A stretch of DNA of 64,000 nt from Candidatus Multivoradales bacterium. GTDB lineage: Bacteria; Acidobacteriota; Thermoanaerobaculia; Multivoradales; JAHEKO01. Both the position numbers and the translations under genes were made by a program. The notes under the pieces are model-generated. The model searched no databases, was not told where the DNA came from, and saw only the letters and a program-made list of their open reading frames with translations. The stretch is taken from NCBI GenBank assembly GCA_965223855.1, contig CBDCXM010000009.1, forward strand, positions 320,001 to 384,000, read 5' to 3'. This document shows, piece after piece, positions 56,661 through 64,000 of the stretch (its first letter is position 1; each line of letters starts with the position of its first letter).

Positions 56661-57110
56661 TCAGGACTCTCGCGAATCGGGCGGCGAATCGGGCTTGGCC
56701 TTCTTGAGGAAGCGCAGCGTCAAGAAGTTGGCGAGCGTGAGCGCAACGGCGATCTCGAAACGCCCGACCGCGACCGCCACGCCGACCGCGGCGGTACTCC
56801 AGATGCTCGCCGCGGTCGCCGTGCCGTGTACGGTCACTCCGCGCTTGACGATCGCCCCACCACCGAGGAAACCGACCCCGGTCAGCAGCCCCTGGATGAT
56901 CCTGCCGAGTTCCGGGCTGGCGTTGCCGAGCACCGAGCGCGCCAGCAGCACATAGGCGGTGCTCGCCATCGCCACCAGCGGGAAGGTGCGCAACCCGAGA
57001 CTGCGCTCCTCCTGTTCGCGGTCCCACGCGATCGGCAACGCAAGCAGAAACGAAGCGCCGAGCAGCAGGAGGTGCTCCAGGACGCTCGCCGGATCGACCA
57101 GTTCGCTCAA
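56661..57110 (-). CDS. MgtC/SapB family membrane protein
   Basis: GLRTFPLV, GVGFLGGGAI, GTATAASIW; TTG overlaps the MarR stop, AGGAGA RBS. Confidence 0.88.
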   Translation of the reverse strand: MSELVDPASVLEHLLLLGASFLLALPIAWDREQEERSLGLRTFPLVAMASTAYVLLARSVLGNASPELGRIIQGLLTGVGFLGGGAIVKRGVTVHGTATAASIWSTAAVGVAVAVGRFEIAVALTLANFLTLRFLKKAKPDSPPDSRES

Positions 57111-57607
57111 ACCGTCTCCTCCCCCGCTCCCTCGCCGCTCATCATGTCGGCGATCCACTCGACCGCACCGATCAGGTCCTGCCGCTGCCGGTCGTCGAGC
57201 GAGTCGAAGCGCCGCTGAAACTCATCGCCCAGTGGCAGCGGCAGCCGGGCGGCGACCGCTCTGCCCGCCTCCGTCGCGACGATATGCACGTTGCGGCGAT
57301 CCACCGGGTCGCGAACCCGGTCGATCCAACCCTTCGCTTCGAGGCGATCGATCACACCGACGAGGGTGCTCGGGCTGACGAAGAGTTGAGCCGCGATCGC
57401 GCGGGAGGTCACCGCCTCGCCCGTCACGACAGCGAGCAGGCACAGGAGCTGAGGCATCGTGACCCCTTCGCGGTTCGACAGTCCCCGCGAATGGACGTCG
57501 AGCGCATGGCCCATGCGGCGAACGGCCGCTACCAGAGCGAGCGACTGCTCGAGGGAGCGCTCAGTCCTGTCCGGGGGCAAGGCTTCGCTTGACAAGGCCG
57601 ACACCAA
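57107..57607 (-). CDS. MarR family regulator (EctR/CosR-like)
   Basis: GVTMPQLLCL, VSPSTLVGVIDRLEAKGWI.R..DPVDRR. Start uncertain. Confidence 0.88.
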   Translation of the reverse strand: MVSALSSEALPPDRTERSLEQSLALVAAVRRMGHALDVHSRGLSNREGVTMPQLLCLLAVVTGEAVTSRAIAAQLFVSPSTLVGVIDRLEAKGWIDRVRDPVDRRNVHIVATEAGRAVAARLPLPLGDEFQRRFDSLDDRQRQDLIGAVEWIADMMSGEGAGEETV

Positions 57608-57671
57608 TCATTAGTGTAAGAACCGTTACAGCAGTACCGCTTGCTTCAAGAACAGTCTAAAGGAGCCCCCC

Positions 57672-58610
57672 GTGGACATCAACCAGGCACTCGAGCCCGC
57701 GAAAGACCGTCTCCAGGAGTGGGGCGACACCTTGATCGCACTGGCGCCGAATCTCGTCGCCGGAATCCTGATTCTCGTCTGTGCCTGGCTCCTCTCGAAG
57801 CTCGGCCGCCGAGCGGTCGAGAAGATCGCACTCCGAGCCGCCGCCCGCAGCGCCATCGCGAGACTGCTCGGCACGGCCACGGCCGTCGGCATCATGGTCG
57901 CCGGTCTGTTCGTCGCCCTCGGGGTGCTGCAACTCGACAAGACGGTGACCTCCCTCCTCGCCGGTGCCGGTGTGATCGGAATCGCCCTCGGTTTCGCTGC
58001 GCAGAGCATGGCGGCGAACATCCTCTCCGGCACCGTCATCTCGCTGCGCAAGCCGTACAAGGAGGGAGACGTCATCGAGTCGGCGGAGCACTTCGGCACC
58101 GTCGAGGTGATCGACCTTCGCGTGACCGAGATCCTCACGCCCGAGGGCCAGACTGTCCTGCTACCGAACAAAGAGGTTCTCGAGCAGCCGCTCGTCAACT
58201 ACAGCAGACTCGGACTGCGCAGGATCGATCTCAGCGTCGGCGTCTCCTACTCCGACGATCTCGACTCGGCGGCCGCTATCGCGAGAGAGGCGGTCTCCGG
58301 CATCTCGAGTCGCCTCGAGGAACGCGAGGTCGAACTCTTCTACACCGAGTTCGGGTCGAGCTCGATCGACTTCACGGTGCGCTTCTGGATTCCGTTCGAG
58401 CGCCAGAGCGACTACCTGTCGGCCCGATCGGAAGCGATCGTCCGCATCAAGAAGGCGTTCGACGCCCACGACATCACCATCCCGTTCCCGATCCGGACTC
58501 TCGACTTCGGCATCGAGGGGGCTCAGACGCCCGATGCCGTGATCACCGCCCTCCCCGCCCTCGGGAGCCCGACACCTCATCATCACACTACGGAAAGGAA
58601 GGCCTCATGA
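57672..58610 (+). CDS. Small-conductance mechanosensitive channel (MscS family)
   Basis: LLAGAGVIGIALGFAAQ, PYKEGDVI, LPN, VGVSYSDD, IPFPIR; AAGGAG RBS. Confidence 0.92.
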   Translation: MDINQALEPAKDRLQEWGDTLIALAPNLVAGILILVCAWLLSKLGRRAVEKIALRAAARSAIARLLGTATAVGIMVAGLFVALGVLQLDKTVTSLLAGAGVIGIALGFAAQSMAANILSGTVISLRKPYKEGDVIESAEHFGTVEVIDLRVTEILTPEGQTVLLPNKEVLEQPLVNYSRLGLRRIDLSVGVSYSDDLDSAAAIAREAVSGISSRLEEREVELFYTEFGSSSIDFTVRFWIPFERQSDYLSARSEAIVRIKKAFDAHDITIPFPIRTLDFGIEGAQTPDAVITALPALGSPTPHHHTTERKAS

Positions 58611-58924
58611 ACCGTCATCGCAGAAGACAGGTCCAGCAGCGACTGAACTCCGAGCATCACCGGCTGGAGGCTCGTCTCCACCTCGTCAAGGCGCGCATCG
58701 CCCGGCTGCGAGCCGAGCTCGCCGGCACCTCCCGTTCGGCGCTCGACCGGGTCGAGGAGCGCAAGCAGAAGTTCGAGCGCGCGCTCGACCGCCTGGAGCA
58801 GGCCGGGGCGGACACCTGGGAGGCGGCCGGGCGTCACGCCTCGAGCGCCTGGAGTCACCTCGAGAGCGCCTACCGCGATCTCACCCGCGGCCTCGACCGC
58901 AACTTGTCGACCGACGCCGGCTAA
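58607..58924 (+). CDS. Small coiled-coil hypothetical protein
   Basis: ATGA overlap with the MscS gene, GGAAAGGAAGG RBS; LEQAGADTWE...AWSHLESAY pattern. Confidence 0.7.
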   Translation: MNRHRRRQVQQRLNSEHHRLEARLHLVKARIARLRAELAGTSRSALDRVEERKQKFERALDRLEQAGADTWEAAGRHASSAWSHLESAYRDLTRGLDRNLSTDAG

Positions 58925-58961
58925 ACAACCGGACGTCCGGGCTACTGCTCCGGCGCCGGCC

Positions 58962-60581
58962 TCAGTCGAGGATCGGATCCTTGTAGCCCGTGAGCTGCCA
59001 GCGGATCAGCGATACCGGAATGACTCCGGCGGCGTCGACTTCCTCGAAGAAGCCCGAGAGGGTGAAGTCGTCGCCGAGCTGCTCCGAGCGCTCCCGCAGC
59101 AGCTCCTCGATCAGCACCTTGCCCGTGATGTAGCTCGTGCCGTAGCCCGGCTGGCGCAGGTAGAGAAGCTGTTCGAACCCGAGCAGGTCGAGGTCCTCGC
59201 GCATCCAGCCCCGCGGCGTCCATTCGACGTGAAAGTCGCGCGCCTCGGCCATCGTCTTGTCGTTGGAGTGAACCCACAGCGACCCGAGGCCGCGCGCGGC
59301 GCGCTGCGCGAGCATGATCCAGACGATCTCGCGCACCCGCGGATTGTCGTCATAGAGGCCGGCGTGCATCATCATCTCCTCGACCCCGGTCGCCATCCCC
59401 TCGGCGCGCGAGTCGAAGATGTTGTAGAGGAGCGGCCCGCGGCGGATCGGGCTGGGGTGCGGGTCGCTCTCCATCCGTGCGAGATCCCACCAGTGGTAGA
59501 AGTGGGTCCACAGCGTCATCGGCTCGAAATGGATCGCCGTGCGGAAGAAGTTGCGCTCCTGCTCGGGAACAAAACTGCCGATCCGGGCCCGTAGCGCCGG
59601 GTCCATGTAGTCCTTCATCTCGAGGACGTCGTTGTCCTCGAGGAAGCGCAGGTAGTCCGTCACCGCAGCGTTGGCCCGCTCGTCGTACTCCTCGGGCGAG
59701 GCGATCGCCACGAGAGGCGGCAGATCACGGTTGCGGTGCTCCTCGAGCCGCAGGGAGGCGTGCGCGCGGTCGAGCTCACGCTCGAGCAGGCGCACCTCGT
59801 CCTCCCAGGTCAGCGGCACCAGGTGGACGTTGTGCAGATACCAGGTGTAGTGCTCGCGGCCGATGCCGGAGGAACCGGTCTTGGACGCCGTCTGCTGCTC
59901 GAGCCAGCCGATGAAGTCGACCGTCGCCCGGTGGGCCGCGGCGCGCGCCTCGGCAAGTGCGTCGCCGGCGCCCTCGATCCGATCGGCGAGCCCGGCCAGA
60001 ACTTCGGCCTGGTCGCGCAGGTCGCCGATCCCCGCTTCCCACAGCTCTCGCGCGTTGCCGGTCAGGTTGCCGCGAGCCTGGGCCAGAAGCGGCGCGATGG
60101 TCGAGAGTTCCGAACGCAGCTTCTCCGCAGCAGCCTCGGTGAGCGGGAACTCGTAGGTCCACAACTCGACCACGCCGTGATGAGTCGGCCCCTCGTGAGC
60201 CGGTGTGTCACTCTGATAGGTCCACACCGACTTGTAGAAGGCGGGATCGCGCTGCCACGGCCGGAGCACCCGCAGGTTGAAGTCGAGCCCGTTCATCTCG
60301 GCGCGCACGATGTGGTAATCCACCTGCCGTTCGACCGGCCAACCTTCCGGGTCGATCGCCGCCAGCCGCTGCTGTAGCGCTTCGAGACCGGTCCGCTGTT
60401 CGGCCAGGGCAGCCTCGGTGTAGTCGGGCGCACCGTCGAGAAGTCGCGGTCGCTCCAGCTGGCGCCAGTCGGCGAAGAGATCGAGCAGCTCTTCGTAGCC
60501 GTCGGCTGCCGCGGGTGAAACGGTCGCGGCGATCGAAACAACGGCAAGCAGGGTCGCGATCGTGAGTCGTGGGCTCTTCAT
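58962..60581 (-). CDS. Secreted DUF885-like putative metallopeptidase
   Basis: Signal peptide, RPWQRDPAFY, H.YH, AEGMATGVEE, QPGYGTSYITGK. Confidence 0.75.
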   Translation of the reverse strand: MKSPRLTIATLLAVVSIAATVSPAAADGYEELLDLFADWRQLERPRLLDGAPDYTEAALAEQRTGLEALQQRLAAIDPEGWPVERQVDYHIVRAEMNGLDFNLRVLRPWQRDPAFYKSVWTYQSDTPAHEGPTHHGVVELWTYEFPLTEAAAEKLRSELSTIAPLLAQARGNLTGNARELWEAGIGDLRDQAEVLAGLADRIEGAGDALAEARAAAHRATVDFIGWLEQQTASKTGSSGIGREHYTWYLHNVHLVPLTWEDEVRLLERELDRAHASLRLEEHRNRDLPPLVAIASPEEYDERANAAVTDYLRFLEDNDVLEMKDYMDPALRARIGSFVPEQERNFFRTAIHFEPMTLWTHFYHWWDLARMESDPHPSPIRRGPLLYNIFDSRAEGMATGVEEMMMHAGLYDDNPRVREIVWIMLAQRAARGLGSLWVHSNDKTMAEARDFHVEWTPRGWMREDLDLLGFEQLLYLRQPGYGTSYITGKVLIEELLRERSEQLGDDFTLSGFFEEVDAAGVIPVSLIRWQLTGYKDPILD

Positions 60582-60697
60582 GGCATCCTCCCGGGTAGTC
60601 GAACCCCGAGTGTGCCAGAGCCGGCGCTTCTCCAGAGCCGAGGCCTGGCCGGAGCCGTACCTTCTTCTGCAAGCGGAGACACGGACAAGGAGATGCC

Positions 60698-61159
60698 ATG
60701 CACGAGATGAGCGCCCTCACCACCTGGTTCCTGCCCTTCCTGCCCAAGCTCTTCGCCGCCTTCGCCGCCGGCGCCATCGTCGGCCTCGAACGCCAGCGTG
60801 CCAGCGGCTCGATCGGCATCCGGCACTGCGTTCTGGTATGCGCCGGCGCGACGACCTACATGGCGACCGGCCACCTGATCCTCGAACACACCCAACTCGT
60901 GGGCGATCCGACCCGCATAGCGAGTCAGATCATCACCGGCATCGGCTTCCTCGGCGCCGGCGCGATCCTGCGCGGGGACGGCGGCGTGAGCGGCCTCGCT
61001 TCCGCCGCCACCGTATGGTTCCTGGGCGCTCTCGGAATCCTGATCGGCTGCGACTTCCCCCTGATCGGAGTCCTCCTGGCAGCGGTGGTCGCCCTTCTGC
61101 TGATGGCGCTCAGCAGCTTCGAGACAAGCCTGAGGAAGCGGCGAGCCAGTTCAGGCTAG
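60698..61159 (+). CDS. MgtC/SapB family membrane protein (second paralog)
   Basis: VGLERQ, GIRH, DPTRIASQIITGIGFLGAGAI, GLASAATVW. Confidence 0.9.
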   Translation: MHEMSALTTWFLPFLPKLFAAFAAGAIVGLERQRASGSIGIRHCVLVCAGATTYMATGHLILEHTQLVGDPTRIASQIITGIGFLGAGAILRGDGGVSGLASAATVWFLGALGILIGCDFPLIGVLLAAVVALLLMALSSFETSLRKRRASSG

Positions 61160-61623
61160 CCGTCTCCGCGGCGCACCAGCGGCCGGCGACGATCGAGCAC
61201 TCTGCGTGGGCGCTCCCGCTCGCGCAACGCCTGCAGGCCTCGTTCGACCGCCGCCTGTTGCACCGCGCGTTCGAACGCCTCGCTCTCGTCGATCTGCGCC
61301 TGCCTCTTCGCCAGGTAGGCGTCCCTCGCCTCCGCCTGCCGGGCGAGCCAGTTGCGCACGGAGGCCCGCGTCGCGCGCTGCCGCCGCCTCAGCTCGCCGA
61401 CGGTAGCGGAGCCGCCGTCGGCGCCGACGAGAACCCGCTCGTCGGGCAGCGCCCGGATCTGAGCGGGCCTCATGGTCTCGAGCTGCCTTGCGGTGATGCG
61501 CTCCGTCGTCGCGACGGGCGCCTCCCGCGCTTGAACTCTGCGCTGGGCATCGCCCTGCGTTGCCAGCGCCCAGACCGCCATAGTCATCGCACCAGCCACC
61601 AGCAATCTCGCTCTCGTCCTCAT
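61156..61623 (-). CDS. Secreted helical hypothetical protein
   Basis: Signal peptide, GGAG RBS, 8 nt downstream of the PKD gene. Confidence 0.65.
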   Translation of the reverse strand: MRTRARLLVAGAMTMAVWALATQGDAQRRVQAREAPVATTERITARQLETMRPAQIRALPDERVLVGADGGSATVGELRRRQRATRASVRNWLARQAEARDAYLAKRQAQIDESEAFERAVQQAAVERGLQALRERERPRRVLDRRRPLVRRGDG

Positions 61624-61631
61624 CGCCGCTC

Positions 61632-62738
61632 CTACTTGTGAGAGGTGCACACCGGACCGCGAATGAAGACGTCCAGCGTGTACAGGATCTTGTCGTTCGG
61701 GGTGACGACCCAGTCGATCGAGGGCCGCCACGACGTTGCACCCGGGACGAATCCCGAAGGAAGTGTTCCCGACGCAGGGGTCGTCCTCCCCTCGTCCGGG
61801 TCGGTCTCGTCTTCGAGGTGACTGCTGAACTCGGCGTGATCGAGCACCCAGCCGTTGCTCAGAGAGATCTGGTACCGGTCGGTGCCCGAGTCGTCACCGA
61901 TCGTCCCCCAGCAGTTCTCGTGAGAGGCGCGGATGGTCGGCGGCGGCGATCCCACGACGACACCTTCCTGGATGCCGAGGATGTCGGCGACCCCCCACTG
62001 ACAGGAGCCCTCGAAGCTCGCGCCGGTGCAGCCACCGGCGTTGGCGTCCCGACCGCACTCGAGGTTGACGACGTCCTCGGTCGGGAACTGACGGACTTCG
62101 GTCGGTACCGGCACGGGAAAGACCGGCGACAGCTTTCCGTCGGCCGTCTCGATCTGAATGCCGAAGACGCAGTTGTCGTGAACGCCGGCCGGCACGAGGC
62201 CGCCGATCGCGTCATCGAACCAGTTCTCCACCTCGAGTTGGTGGCTCGTCGTCGGCGAGGCGATGAACCACACCTTGCCCGCCTGATCGCCGAAGCCGCT
62301 GCCACCGACCAGCAGACCGAGCCCCGGCGTGATCCCGAAGCCGAAGATCCGCTCGATGCGGGGACCCGGTATGTACTCGAACCCGCGCTCGAACTCCCGG
62401 CGTTCGAGCCGGATCCGCACGGAGATCTGGATCTCGTCCTGGCCGACGATGTTGCAGTCGCCCGACGTCACCCGCGCCGGGAAGCTGCCCGGGCTGTCGT
62501 AGACGTGGTCGAGGTCGGCCAGCGGCAAGGCGGCGTTGTTGAAGGCGTCCGAGTCGCCGTCGCCGTAGTCGAGCGTGACATCGCAGATGCCCTGCCCCTC
62601 GACCCGGAAGGTGACCGTGTCGCCGACGAAGACCGAAGCCGGGTTCGCGGAAATCCCCGAAACAAAGTCCTGCGCCAGCGCCGGCGAGCTGACGATCCAG
62701 AGCGTCGCCGCGACGCACCCCAACAGGCGGTTCCTCAT
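61632..62738 (-). CDS. Secreted PKD + IPT-like domain protein
   Basis: Signal peptide; VGDTVTF, LDYGDG, HVYDSPGSF (PKD); GSGFGDQAGKV..W.DDAI (IPT-like); AAAGGGGGG RBS. Confidence 0.78.
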   Translation of the reverse strand: MRNRLLGCVAATLWIVSSPALAQDFVSGISANPASVFVGDTVTFRVEGQGICDVTLDYGDGDSDAFNNAALPLADLDHVYDSPGSFPARVTSGDCNIVGQDEIQISVRIRLERREFERGFEYIPGPRIERIFGFGITPGLGLLVGGSGFGDQAGKVWFIASPTTSHQLEVENWFDDAIGGLVPAGVHDNCVFGIQIETADGKLSPVFPVPVPTEVRQFPTEDVVNLECGRDANAGGCTGASFEGSCQWGVADILGIQEGVVVGSPPPTIRASHENCWGTIGDDSGTDRYQISLSNGWVLDHAEFSSHLEDETDPDEGRTTPASGTLPSGFVPGATSWRPSIDWVVTPNDKILYTLDVFIRGPVCTSHK

Positions 62739-62827
62739 AGTCCCCCCTTTTGAACTGAGAGCCCTCATTGTCTCAGATGGGGGCGAGACTCCTGTGGTCT
62801 GCGTTACAGGACGCGTGTCGACCCGCC

Positions 62828-63310
62828 TCAGGCGATCTCGGTCACCCGCTCGTCCTGCGGTCCCTCGACCGCCTCGACGGCCACCCCGTGCGCGCGCAGA
62901 TAGTCGACCCCGTTGGCGCCCGCGTAGCCTCCGCCGACGACGACCACCTTGGTGATGCCCGCGTGGTGAATCAGTTTCGCGCACAGCACGCATGGCTCGC
63001 CGGTGACGAGCAGCCAGGCTCCCTGGGTGGCGACGCCGGAAGCCGCACAGTTGCAGATGACGTTCATCTCCGCATGGTGGCAGCCGATCTCCATCCGCGT
63101 TCCCGACTGCACCCCGAGCTCGTCGCGCGAGCAGACATCTCCGCCGCACAGATCCCCGCCGCCGCGCGGACCCCCGTTGTAGCCGTCCATCAGGGTCACG
63201 TTGCGGCTCGGGTCGAGCAACAGAGCCCCGAACTTTCGCCGCGGGCAGTTCGACGCCTTGGCGAGCGCCAGACACTGCTCGATCCGGATGCGGATGTGTT
63301 TTTCTTTCAA
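62828..63310 (-). CDS. dCMP deaminase / ComEB family zinc deaminase
   Basis: SNCPRRKFGA, GYNG, HAEMN, PCVLC; GGAGA RBS before TTG. Confidence 0.9.
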   Translation of the reverse strand: MKEKHIRIRIEQCLALAKASNCPRRKFGALLLDPSRNVTLMDGYNGGPRGGGDLCGGDVCSRDELGVQSGTRMEIGCHHAEMNVICNCAASGVATQGAWLLVTGEPCVLCAKLIHHAGITKVVVVGGGYAGANGVDYLRAHGVAVEAVEGPQDERVTEIA

Positions 63311-63518
63311 CTCGAAATCTCCTCCGCGCCGATCTGTTGCGGCACCCGATGCTGTGTCGCCTCAACGAACAGAGCCTCGCCGAACTCTTGGGTGGCTCGC
63401 TCTCGAGGAGAGAACGGCCCTCGTGCGACGAGGGAACGATAGCAGCGACGCCTCTCACTGAACTCCGGCTCCGTGGCGTTGTAGTCTTCTCAGCAAATCT
63501 GTCGAATTGGAGAAGTTG

Positions 63519-64000
63519 ATGGACGTCGAGCGATACCAGCGCGCCGCAGCCAGTCCGGCGTTGTACCTCTGCCTGCTGGGCCTGGCACTCGGGGTCGCAG
63601 GGTGCCCTCCGACCACGGTCCCGCCGTCGGCCCCGCCGCTCCCTCCGGAGCTCGATTTCCCCGCCGCCTACAGGGTCCAGGCCGCCGGACAGGTCCAGGT
63701 GGACACGATCGAGCTGCCGGGGACCGCGACGATGGACTATCTCGTCTACCCGAGCGGTCGGGTGGTCGTCACGCATCTCGACGTCCGGGTCCCGGACCTC
63801 GACATCGTCGTCTACTTTCTCTGGTGGGAGACCGACCGAGAGCGGCTGCGATGCAATCGGATGCACCTGACCGAGCCGGTCGTCGCCAGCCTGGTCGGCG
63901 ATCGGATCGATTTCGCTGTCGGATCGGCCGCGATGCGGGGGGTGTCGTTCTTTGAGCGCTCGCCCTCGGGTGATTGCTCAGGGCGCCACCGGCGACTCGA
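63519..64000 (+). CDS. Lipoprotein of unknown function; partial, runs off the window end
   Basis: Manual translation: MDVERYQR...LLGLALGVAGC-PPTTVPP... open to the window end; GGAGAAG RBS. Confidence 0.65.
   Translation, partial: MDVERYQRAAASPALYLCLLGLALGVAGCPPTTVPPSAPPLPPELDFPAAYRVQAAGQVQVDTIELPGTATMDYLVYPSGRVVVTHLDVRVPDLDIVVYFLWWETDRERLRCNRMHLTEPVVASLVGDRIDFAVGSAAMRGVSFFERSPSGDCSGRHRRL

Noticed and set aside
62828-63310. Deaminase as an anti-phage dCTP deaminase (AvcD-like)
   Set aside because: It is only 160 aa and lacks the P-loop kinase domain; it fits a housekeeping dCMP deaminase.
1-64000. tRNA, rRNA, riboswitch, integrase or transposase
   Set aside because: No recognisable motifs by eye. 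A covariance-model scan was not run, so small RNAs cannot be excluded.

Overview
High-GC bacterial chromosomal window. An Acidobacteriota (Thermoanaerobaculia-like) origin is my inference from gene content. I found no rRNA, tRNA, CRISPR array or transposase. It carries about 48 protein genes: secreted hydrolases, an ECF sigma/Ser-Thr kinase pair, a two-permease RND exporter, argG-argH, and a MarR/MscS/MgtC block. The standout is a ~15.5 kb locus (41145-56606) with two halves. The signalling half encodes a CHASE2 class III nucleotide cyclase with non-canonical Arg/Arg base-specificity residues, a PDE-like HD hydrolase, OmpA and FecR envelope proteins, and a kinase-cNMP fusion. The other half is a tightly coupled operon for an apparent trans-envelope electron conduit: 5-, 8- and 10-heme cytochromes c, a beta-barrel, a di-heme-b-like membrane protein, a tandem-cNMP/4x[4Fe-4S] ferredoxin and an FHA protein. 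Also notable are two 183-bp CTAG-ended hairpin elements with unrelated arms but a shared core, a shared C-terminal IFxDxFESGDxSAWS tag on two secreted proteins, a beta-lactamase-fold protein with a rewired active site, and an 11-bp-phased operator array. Product calls come from motif recognition only; no database searches were run.
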